The translations under genes were made by a program, and so were the position numbers. The notes below the pieces were generated by a model. It saw only the letters and a program-made list of their open reading frames with translations. It was not told the DNA's origin and did not search any database. This document shows positions 40,216 to 51,599 of a stretch of DNA of 64,000 bases, one piece after another. The stretch is from the human T2T-CHM13v2.0 reference genome, Homo sapiens. The DNA is taken from NCBI RefSeq assembly GCF_009914755.1, contig NC_060942.1; one strand, given 5' to 3'. Each line of letters starts with the position of its first letter. Position 1 is the first letter of the stretch.

Positions 40216-41629
40216 ATCATTTGTTACGGCAGATGCTGAAATATCATCGCTGTAACTATATGTCAAGAAGAGATGAGCAGGGGTTTAGACCAACTGAGTA
40301 TATCTAACAACGGTAAATTGGAGGATACGTTATTTGTATATTTAATTAGCTTTTTTCCCAAACTTTTGACCCATCTGATAAGCTTGGATTTTATTATTAT
40401 ACAACTAATATCAATAATGCACAATTAGTCTTTTTTCCTTCAGGAATTTTAGCCTTCTATACAACCCATCATACAAGATGGTGAGTAAAATCAAAGCATT
40501 AGCTAGGAGTATAGAAATTTCCAAAGAAAGAAAAAAAAATCAAAGAAATTAAGTTGGAATTAAAAATCAATGTTAAAGTTAGCATAATAATTTAAAGCAT
40601 TTTAGAGTTATATTAGGTAAGTGGAATGTTAGGATGTTTTAGTCTTATGAATAAAGAATTTATAAAATATACACCAAATTTAAGCTGATCCTTTTTCAGA
40701 ATGAGAATTATCAGAGATTAAGTATGCAACCACTCTAAAAACAAAATGTGAAAATGCTAATATTTACTCCCTGTGGCAGTTATTGCTAATTTTCTCCAAT
40801 GTCCATTTTTCCTTCTCTTAATATTTGTAATAAAATCTCAATAAAGTTAGAGACTACATTTTGTAGGCTTCTTTGCAGCTAGATGTACACATGACATGAA
40901 AAACCATAATCTGTGACTTCCACAGAGCACTGCCATTTCAACGGGAGACTGGAAGCAAATTCTCCTCTTTTTGATTGTGAGATAAAGTTAAAATGTTCAT
41001 GAATAACTTGGGTTAGACACTATTTTGGGAGTTGAATGACTTTTGTATTTTCTCTATGATCTCAAATGAAGATATTTTTAAAAAATATAATCAATAAATT
41101 CTGAAATTTAATATCATAAAAATTTGAATACTTTCTTCAGAAAGAAAAAAATATATGTAATCCAGCATTCTGTGTAATACAATTATCTATTTATAAATTT
41201 ATTCAAATATTATATATATATGTACATATATATATGTATTTTCCAAAATTTGAAGATGTGATGCAAAAGGGGAGCTTATAGAAGGGCAAACAATTTCCAC
41301 AACTGCAACCCAACAATTGAAAAATAAAGTAATAATATCCTACAATGTGTAGTTAAGCAGAGGAAAACACTCTTGTCCTAATGAGAGAGTTGAGTAAATC
41401 TCTACACAGGGGTAACATTTGAGATAACACTAAACAAACAAACAAAAATAATGGAAAATTGCCAGATGACTAAGTGGGGGAGGGAATATCCAGAGGCAGA
41501 GAATAACATGTTTCTAGATGATGAAGCTTGGAAAAGCGTAGTGAGTTTGGGAAGTCTCATGGTTTTTGTTGTTATGGAATCATAACAAGGAAGATGCAAA
41601 GTACTAGCAGATGGACAAAATTACAGACT

Positions 41630-42050
41630 CTCTATAATTACATAATTATAGTGTATATAGTTATACAGTATGTATAATGTATGTACATGGTGTGTATATA
41701 ATATAGATATTGATAGTGTATATATCAATTATACATATATAGAGTGATCCTTAGATTACCACTGTGAGAATTTAGAAACATAACTATACTTCTAAATATA
41801 CACGGCATTAAAGTTATATTTCTAAATTTTTAAATTTAGTTATATTTCTAAAATTATATTTCTAAATTTTCATATATAATTATAGTGATCCTTAGATTAT
41901 ATACAGTGATCCTTAGTTATATAACTATATAATTATAGCGATCCTTAGTTATATTTTATATTTAGTTTATTTCTAAAATTGCATTTCTAAATTTTTATAT
42001 ATAATTATAGTGATCCTTAGGTGACCATTGCAAGAATTTAGAAATACTAA
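41630..42050. repeat. Complex AT-rich repeat of short direct and inverted templated copies
   Basis: ag(t/c)gatccttag x5, plus several agttatatttctaaa that are the reverse complement of tttagaaa(c/t)ataact. Confidence 0.85.
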
Positions 42051-42329
42051 ATTGTAAGACAGATGGCTTTTAGAAAAGGAGTTTGTAAAACAGATCATGA
42101 GACCTGGTGAGATACAAAAATCTTTCAGTCAATTGATAGAATGTGGGAAATGTAAATAAGGCGTTCCAGATATTCTTTGAAGTTGACAGTAACATCCTCT
42201 AAGCATGACAACAAAAGGTAGGATTGTCACTGACTGTTGGGACTTTTATTATATCCATTTAACAAACAATAATTTATCTGATGCAACATATGCTCCAATC
42301 AGCAATTTAAATATCTATAAATGAAAGCT

Positions 42330-42806
42330 ATGTGTGGAATGTACTTAGAAACTAAGGACATATTGCTAAAAAGTCAGCAAGATACAGTAACCATTATAGA
42401 AAATATAAAGATGGACTAAACACATTTCTTTTGTGAGTACAAACAACTAAAACATGGTCCATTATATTATAAATATAAATCAAAATGAATCAACTGATAC
42501 AGGAAGTCTATGGAGAGAGAAATCCCAACTGATTGGGAAAAGCCAATCAGTTTTGTGCAAGATTCTGTGCAAGACATGGAATACTGGATTAAACAGAACT
42601 AAATTAAAATAAATAAGCAAAGACTTAATGGAGATAGTAGTTTTACAGTGAAGAGATGAAAACAGAAAACACACATTCCAGAAAGAGGGTTTATTATGTG
42701 CAGAAAGTGAAGGTGCACAGAGAGGGAAGAGTGGATACAGTCTGACAGGTGATTGGATACACAGAGCACAGTGTGGATGATGTGGCTGGAAGAGCTCAAA
42801 GAGGAG
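42330..42806 (+). pseudogene. Pseudo-exon with a frameshifted PH domain
   Basis: KQLKHGPLYYKYKSK (42441-), DENRKHTFQ (42655-), and LLCAESEGAQ/REEWIQS (42691-42743, +2 AG slip) are PH beta1, beta6 and helix motifs. Donor GAG|GTACGG at 42807. The 5' boundary is unknown. Confidence 0.6.
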
Positions 42807-45454
42807 GTACGGGGAGATTCTATTCAAAACAGTGTTGCTAATCACTTTAATTAAGGACATACAGAATCATATGCAATCAAGAGGAGTTTGATTCCCCCTC
42901 TAGAATCTCGACTTAGTTACATTCTATAAATGTCATCAATTTTAATTTGTTGAGGTTCATACCAGATAATCATGAACAGAATCATTTTTGGCATCAACTA
43001 CTGTCCATTTTCTAAAATTAAAGTCAAAAGAGTAGTTAACTGAGGTTCAACCAACTTGTACGATACTTATAAAATTGTCTCACTGGAAAATTATTTTTAT
43101 CTAAACAAGTTTCAAAATAACTAAGATTCATCTAAGTAAGGAAATCAATCAGTCATCTTTGATTCATCGAAGTACACGATTCATATCTTAACCATAATTG
43201 AATATTAATAAGTATATGTAAAAAATGCTAAAACAAATTATTGATAGGTTCATATAATGAAACAATATTTGTATCTTGTCTTGTTTTTCTTCATATTTTC
43301 TTAATGACCTGGTTAAGAAAAATGAGCTTCTTATTTTATCTTAGAAATTTTAAACTTCCTAATGGATAGAAAGAAAAATGTGTGTTAAAAATATGATTTT
43401 TTCAGTGGTAAGTGTATTTATTTTTCTTTAAAATTAGATCACTGAAGGATCTATAAAGCAGATGGTAACAGGCATTACTATCATTAATTTCTGTCTAGAA
43501 AAATGCAGGGGGTAAATTATTTTTAGATAACTTGAAATGTTTCCTTTCCCTCAAAAAATATTTCTGTGGAACATGTTTGCTTATGGAAATTTCTGGATTA
43601 AGTAAAACACAGTTATGTGTTTATATATTTATATGTATATAACCATTGGACTGGTCTTGGTGTCAAAAAGTGAAAATTTACATAGTAAAGAGATATGCTT
43701 TTGTAATGTGAAAGTAAGGGTGACGATTTACGACTTCCAAACTTACCCATGATTTTTCCTAAGGTGACCCAGGCTCTAAGGAGGAATGTTGTTCCTCTGT
43801 TACTCATGCTAACCATCAACTTAAAAACAAACTAAAAATGTACTGAAAAAAAATGGTGCCAAAGGACTAAGAATAGAAACGTTTTTATCAGATTTCAAAA
43901 ATGCACAAGGAATCATCTTGGAATATACTGAATATTAAACTTGAAATTGACACAGAACCATCTAATTCATTTCCATTCTAATTATTCTAGAATAGTCTTG
44001 AAATAACTGACTTCAAAGCATTAAAAATCTGAAAAAAGAATCACTGAACATCAATCTTGGATAACTATAAATAAGTCATAAATTTTTTTTTAAAAAATGT
44101 TAAATTTATATATTGCAGATTAGGAAATCAGCAGTTCTACAGTATGTTCTAATATATTATTTTATCAAGATATTTGGAGGTGAAAAGAGCAAGATGTGTA
44201 CCCACAAAGAGAAGTAAAACACTCTATCTTTCCCACTGGATGCTTCAATACGTAGAATCCATGGACTGTACTTTCTGCATAGCCATGCTCCATTTGTAAG
44301 AGAACAAATGATCTGAGCCCACCAGAGCAGTAATTTTTTCTATGCGTATTCAAAGACTAGAAATTCAAGAATTCAGCAACACTAGGGTAAAAACAAATCA
44401 AGTGGCAGCACAAATATATCTTGAGATGAATAAAAAGTCTCAGAAATACATGGAATACAGAAGTAGACATTTCTAGCAGTTAATATGTTCCATCTGCACT
44501 TAGAGCTGTAGATCCAATCTACTTCCTTTTCATAGTCAGGGAACCAAAAACCAAGCAAGATTTGCATTCTGGCAAGATGTGGCCCTGATATTTACCAGCA
44601 CAGTTAGGACATAGCCATCTATATCAATATACATCTATTTCTAAGAGAAAAAAAACTGTCAGTAACAACTGAATATTTTCATAATAACAGTAACAATAAT
44701 AACGATAAACTACTCATTGAAAACAGTTAAAATTAATTCTTAAATTACGTCTCCAGATCTCATTCTCACTGAGACAATTTCATAACTGTACGCATCAACA
44801 GCGATGCTAATCCATCCCCTAGTGCATTGGAACAGTCAATGCTAATGTCCTTAGATTTTCAGTGTAACTCCATGTGCCTTGTAGCAATCTTTTGGCAGTG
44901 TAATATACTTATATAACATGTATTTGGAGTCTGAGGACAGCACATTTCCATTGCCAAGCTTAATCATTACTGCTGGGGCTGTTTTCTTTATTTATTTTTA
45001 CTTTCTACATTTTGCTTTTCAGTTTGAACAACAGAATTCTATTCCCTATGGTGATTGTTATCAGTCTGCAAGGGCATGAAGTGATCTAGCCAAAGAAGAA
45101 CAGTGTCATCAGTACCTGTGATGTCATTTGGGGTTATGTTGAAGGGAATTAGGACTTCCACACATGTTTTCAAAGAAATATGAACTTACAGATATATTTT
45201 TAAAAAACAAATGAAAATGCTTATTATCCATTCAGCAATTTAGAAGCAATCATACTCTGTGGTAAAATGCTTATTAGTTTTCATTATAAAGAAATCATTA
45301 TTTGAAAATCACTTAGCCTAAAAAGTAATTTCTCCTGACAGTGATTTGTTTAGGATTTCTAAATAGCATTGATTTAGCCACCTTCTCTATAGGAATATTT
45401 GACTTTCACAGAAAGACTTAGTTGTAGATATAGAATGTTGCTAAAATATGAAAC

Positions 45455-48105
45455 TATATTAGCTCGTTTTCGCATTGCTGATAAAGGCATATCCAAGTCT
45501 GGGCAATTTACATAACAAAGAGGTTTATTGGACTCACAGTTCCACGTGGCTGAGGAGGCCTCACGATCATGGTGGATGGTAAAAGGCACATCTCACATGG
45601 TGGCAGCAAGAGGGAGAATGAGACCCAAGCAAAATGGGTTTCCCCTTAAACCATCAGATATCGTGAGACTTATTCACTACCGTGAGAACAGTATGGGGGA
45701 AACTACCGCATGATTTAATTATCTCCCACCAAGTCCCTCCCACAACATGTGGGAATTATGGGAGTACAATTTAAGATGAGAATTAGGCGGGGCCACAGAG
45801 CCAAACCATATCATTCCAACTTGACCCCTCCCAAATCTCATGTCCTCATATTTCAAAACACAATCATGCCTCCCCAACAGTCCTTCAAAGTCTTAACTCA
45901 TTTCAGCATTAACTCAAAAGTCCATAGTCCAAAGTCTCATCTGAGACAAGGCAAGTCCTTTCCACCTATGAGCCTGTAAAATCAAAACCAAGTTAGTTAC
46001 TTCCTAGACACAATGTGGGTACAGGCATTGGATAAATGCAGCCATTCCAAATGGGAGAAATTGGCTGAAACACAGGGGCTACAGGCCACATGAAAGTCCA
46101 AAATCCAGCGGGGCACTCAAATCTTAAAGATCCAGAATGATCTCCTTTTACTCCATGTCTCACATCCAGATCACGCTGATGCAAGAGGTGGGCTCCCATG
46201 GTCTTGCTAAGCTTCGCCCCTGTGGCCTTGCAGGGTACAGCCTCCCTCCCAGCTGCTTTCATGAGCTGACATTGAGTGTCAGTGGCTTTCCCAGGTGCAT
46301 GGTGCAAGCTGTCAGTGGATCTAGCCTTCTGGGGGCTGGAGGACAGTGGCCCTCTTCTCACAGCTCCACTAGGTGATTTCCCAGTAGGGACTCTGTGTGG
46401 GAACTCCAACCCCACATTTCCCTTCTGCACTGCCCCAGCAGAGAGGTTCTCCATGAGCCCCCGACTGCTGCAGCAAACTTCTGACTGGGCATCCAGGCAT
46501 TTCCATACATCTGAAATCTAGGCAGAAGTTCTCAAACCCCAGTTATTGACTTCTGTGTACCTACAGGTTGAACACCAAAGAGAAGCTGCCAAGGCTTGGG
46601 GCTTGCACCCTCTGAAGCCATGGTTTTCATCCCCGGCTGAAGGGGCTGAGACACAGGGCATCAAGTCCCTAGGCTGCACACAGAAGGGGGACCCTGGGCC
46701 TGACTCAGGAAACTGTTTTTTTCTAGGGCTCGGGACCTTTGATGAGAAGGGCTTCGGGGAGGACTTCTGATGCCATGGAGACATTTTCCCCATTGTCTTG
46801 GGGATTAACATTTGGCTCCTTGTTACTTATGCAAATTTATGCAGAGGGCTTAAATTTCTCCCTAGAAAATGAGTTTTTCTTTTCTGTCACACTGCCAGGC
46901 TGCAAATTTTCTGAACTTTTATGCTCTGCTTCTCTTATAAAACTGAATGCCTTTAACAGCACCCAAGTAACATCTTGAATGCTTTGCTGCTTAGAAATTT
47001 CTTCCGCCAGACACTCTAAATCATCTCTCTCAAGTTCAGAGTTCCACACATCTCTAGGACAGGGGAAAAATGCTGCCAGTCTCTTTGCTAAAACATGAAA
47101 AGAGTCACCTTTGCTTCAATTCTCAGTAAGTTCCTCATCTCCATATGAGACCACCTCAGCCTGGACCTTGTTGTTCATATCTCTATCAGGCTTTTGGTCA
47201 AAGCCACTCGACAGGTCTCTACGAAGTTCCAAACTGTCTTCTTCTGAGTCCTCCAAACTGTTGCAACCTCTGCCTGTTAGCCAGTACCAAAGGTGCTTCC
47301 ACATTTTCTGGTATCTTTTCAGCAACACCCCGCTCTACTAGTACCAATTTACTGTATTCGTCCCTTTTCATACTGTGCATAAAGACATACCCGAGACTAG
47401 GCAATTTACAAAGGAAAGAGGTTTAATTGATGTATTAGTTCATCTTCACGCTGGTTGCTGATAAAGACGTACCTGAGACTGGGCAATTTACAAAATAAAG
47501 AGGTTTAATTTGACTCACAGTTCCACGTGGCTGGGAAAGCCTCACAATCATGGTGGAGGCCAAGGAGAATTAAGTCCCAGCTTACATGGATGGCAGCAGA
47601 CCAAGAGGGAATGAGGAAGATGCAAAAGCAGAAATCCCTGATAAAACCATCAGATCTCGTAAGACTTATTTACTACCGTGAAAACAGTATGAGGGAAACT
47701 GCCCCATGATTCAATTTTCTCCCACTGGGTTTCTCCCACAACATGTGGGAATTATGAGAGTACAATTCAAGATGAGATTTGGGTGGGGATACTGAGCCAA
47801 ACCATATCAATTGGACTCACAGTTCCACGTGTCTGGGGAGGCCTCAGAGTCATGGCGGAAGGCAAAGTGGTACAAGTCACATCTTACGTGGATGGCAGGA
47901 AAAAAAAAAGAGTTTGTGCGAGAAACTTCTGTTTTTAAAAGCATCAGATTTCGTAAGATGTATTCACTACCACGAGAACAGTATGTGGGAAACTGCCCCC
48001 CAAGACTTAATTATCTCCCACCAGGTCCCTCCCACACATGTAAGGAATTATGGGAGTACAATTCAAAATGGGAATTGGGTGGAAACACAGAGCCAAACAA
48101 TATCA
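45455..48105 (-). mobile_element. Full-length THE1 (MaLR) provirus: 3' LTR 45455-45813, internal 45814-47352, 5' LTR 47353-48105
   Basis: Two LTRs, THE1-int ORF remnants (45993-47328 minus), TSD gaaac at 45450-45454 and 48106-48110. Confidence 0.95.
47431..47809 (-). mobile_element. THE1A/B solo LTR nested in the provirus 5' LTR
   Basis: Own termini; TSD attga/attgg; host LTR resumes at 47810. Confidence 0.92.
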
Positions 48106-48210
48106 GAAACTAACAACAATTTTTTTCATTTTTCCCTGAAAGAATGTGACATCTTGATATACTGAACCTATTCAGAATATAACTGCAAATATTATAGTAA
48201 AATATTTTTA

Positions 48211-48522
48211 TTTATTTATTTATTTTATTTTATTTTTTTGAGACAGGGTCTCGCTCTGTTGTCCAGGCTGGAGTGCAGTTGCATGACCTTGGCTCACTGA
48301 AACCTTCATTTCCTGAGTTCAAGTGATTCTCCTGCCTTAGCTGCCCAAGTAGCTGGGATTACAGGCACACACCAACACACCCAGCTAAGTTTTGTACTTT
48401 TAGTAGAGACGGGGTTTCACCATGTTGGCCAGACTGGTCTCGAACTCCTGACCTCAAGTGATCTGCCTGCCTCGGCCTCCCAAAGTGCTGGGATTTACAG
48501 GCGTGAGTCACCATGTCTGGCC
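48211..48522 (-). mobile_element. AluSx/Sz
   Basis: 15-bp TSD agtaaaatattttta. Confidence 0.95.
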
Positions 48523-48577
48523 AGTAAAATATTTTTAATCTAAAAAAAAAACAAAAGTCACAAATTACAAGCATAAC

Positions 48578-48581
<4 letters not shown>

Positions 48582-48620
<39 letters not shown>
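48582..48620. repeat. T39 homopolymer
   Basis: Direct reading. Confidence 0.95.
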
Positions 48621-48626
<6 letters not shown>

Positions 48627-49149
48627 GAGAGACTTTCCGACCCTCAATGAGAACATACTTATTGGTATATAATTAATTTATATTTGTTTCTATAAAGAAT
48701 AGGGACTAAAATATTTGCGAATGTTTAGAATTTTTTTCATGTTGATAGTGAATTACTGAGGACGTCAATAATGTCCAATAAAATAAAGAATACAAACAAT
48801 ACATGAGTAGGTAATAGTGCATGAAAAGTTCTTGGCCTGTTGGCCTAAACTGATTGGTCTTGAGAGCCAAATTTCTGGCAAAGGCCTACACATATATGTC
48901 TTCATTAATACAAATGCAAATATTTAGTCCTAAGTAATTAAAGCCAAAGTCCACCAGAAGGCAAAGTAATTATTTTGGTAAATAACATTTAGTAAGACAG
49001 AAAGGCAGGGAGGCTTACTGGTATTGACATAATTGATATAAATCTTCTCCAGTTGCATGGCTGTCCAATCTTCCTCAGTTGCATGCTTGTTCAGACTCCA
49101 GAAGCATTCGACACCGTATCAGGGAGTGCTGCATTTTCTTTGGGTAACT

Positions 49150-49350
49150 TGTTAGGAGACAGAAGAGTGGCCACTCATTCTACCTTCACCATTTACAAAT
49201 TATGTGAACTGATAACAAATCATTTAATAGCTCTAATGCATTTCACACTGTGAGTAAGAATAGCCTCACAGCACTGTCATGGATGTACAATGACATTGTA
49301 TAATATCTCTGAAATTGCTGAAATTTATAAATCCCTGTATAAATGAAATA
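49150..49350 (+). mobile_element. MIR
   Basis: ccatttacaaattatgtga..caaatcatttaa..gcctcacagcactgtcatgga. Confidence 0.5.
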
Positions 49351-51599
49351 TAGAATTTTATATACATAAATTTTTTTCATAGATACATGATTTGATAAAA
49401 TTAAGACTGAGAAGAATCCAGTTTTTTGAAAAACTAAATTTTGGAGTAAATCATGTAGAATGAATAACCTGTAGAATCATAATGTCAGTTCTTATAAAAC
49501 TTTATGTAATGATAACAGCTGTCAAGTTTGTTCCATAGTTGACTTCTCTCCTAGAATTCCATTTGATTCTATTTGGTCTTATTACCTGCATCCAGAAAGC
49601 AAAACTCTCTTCCACATCTTCCCAAATGATATGAAACTTGGGAAAGGTAGATCATGACAACCTCTATTCCAGGGTCACATTGATTTTTCAGACACGCAAA
49701 ACACATCCCACTACATCAGAAAGCAGCACCATTATTAGTCCTAGCTACTTTGCAATGGACACATTTGAAGCGGACAGTTATAGCAGTAAAAAGCAATGAG
49801 GGGAACTGAACTCAGGGACATAACCTTATTACGTGTAACAGGTCACTAAGTGTACTTAGGATTTTGAAAACTAGTTTTTCACCCAATAAACTTCTAATTA
49901 ATTAAAAGTGCTAAAATTATATCATTGATATGTATTGCAAATGTATATATATTGAACATTTTAATTGTATGTTTTCAGTAGGTATCATATTTTCTTTTAT
50001 AAAATAAAAAGGAATTATTATTTATCTCCAGAAATGTTCTCAACTTGTTCATTTTACACCACTGATACACAACCGATGATACACCATTTTACACCACTGA
50101 TACTATGTCATGTCTGGCTATGGTAGGGGATGGCAGTCTCTGAATAGATATATGTATATATACATGTATTTCAGAACTTTGTTATTTATCAGGGTAGAAT
50201 CTTAGGCCTGAGCAACTTTATTGCAGTTCAGGTGGCTTAAGAAGCGTTTGCTTTTACTCTTCCTACAGTGGCAGGGTATGATTGCTAGAAATGGTAGCAG
50301 AAGCGTTTCTGACCACTCTGTAAAAGTAGATTACTGTTGCTTTTTAACACGGTAAGAGACACATGGTGAGTCCAGGTGACTTCTGGCCTTCCCTCACAGT
50401 CAAAAAATGCTTCCTTCCGCTTGACCCCCCAGGAAGCCTGAGATATTTGCCTGGACCCTGAGCTATGACATAGTTCCTCCCTCCCCAACGCCAAAGAAGC
50501 TTGAGGCTTTGCTTCATCTGAAAGACCCAGGAGCGGGGTGGAATTTCATGCCTATGCACCACCAAGGTGGACAATTTCAAGTCTGCACCGCTCCCACTCA
50601 GAGTTTCTGAAGAACACCGAGTACATGCTCTTGGAAAAAGAGCTTGCAGTTCATTGCAAACTTTATAACTGTATCTCCCAGAGATTCCAATTCCTCATGA
50701 TCACCGACATACCTGGTAAAAATTAATTAAAAATTTAGCTGTCTTCATAGACACTTTTATGGGAGTCACCTCTACTTCTTGTGTTCTTCTTAAAATGAAG
50801 CATCACCAGTGTTCCCTTGAAGGGGGGTTTGTTGCATTTTAAAATTCAGCCCACTTGTTTGCCTTATGACTGAGGTTTCTGATGAACTCAAGAAAAAGTA
50901 ATTATTTTGGCAGTTATCAGATTTTTTTCATATAATTATGGTGGGAAAATGCTCTCATATACAGCTTTCTACGTACTAAGCAGAATACCACTGTTTTTTG
51001 GTATTATAAATAGCATAATTTTAATATTTTCATTTTCTTTTATTATTTCCTCAGGCTGAGGGAGCAAAAGGAAAATTCTGAAAACATCAAAACTGGGATG
51101 TTTTGAGGAGGAGCCCCATAGGTCTGAAGTCAGACGTTGGAAAAGTAGTGATTGACTGGGTGGTGTTGGTGTTGACGGTGGGCTATGTGTATGTGGAGGG
51201 TGGGTCATGGAGCTGGTTCTGCAAACCTCTAAAAGTAATGAAATTGAATTCAGCTTCTGCTGTGGGGTGGTGCTGTGGCTGCAGAGGGAAATTTTGCTAG
51301 GTTAATGCCTTCAAGGAACTGAAAGCGAACAGGAAGCCCCAGGGAAGCAAATGAAAAAGCAAATCCCTTTCTTTCTCTTTCAGCCACATAGTTTTCTTGT
51401 AGTTTTCCCTATTGGTAGAAGTTAACACAGAGACGTCTGGAAAAGCAGAAATGTCATTGGCTACGTTCCCTACCTTATAATGTAAAATATAGTAACATTA
51501 ATTTAATAACTGGCACACTCACCTTAAGAACCATGAGTAATCCCATAATGAATAAATTAAAAAACTGGTAGGCCATTGAGAAAATCTACGATAATAAGA

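Noticed and set aside
41743-42020. CRISPR-like repeated 12-mer with spacers
   Set aside because: Eukaryotic DNA, irregular and self-similar spacers, no cas genes.
45993-47426. Cluster of 60-150 aa ORFs
   Set aside because: Broken THE1-internal MaLR ORF and its antisense frames.
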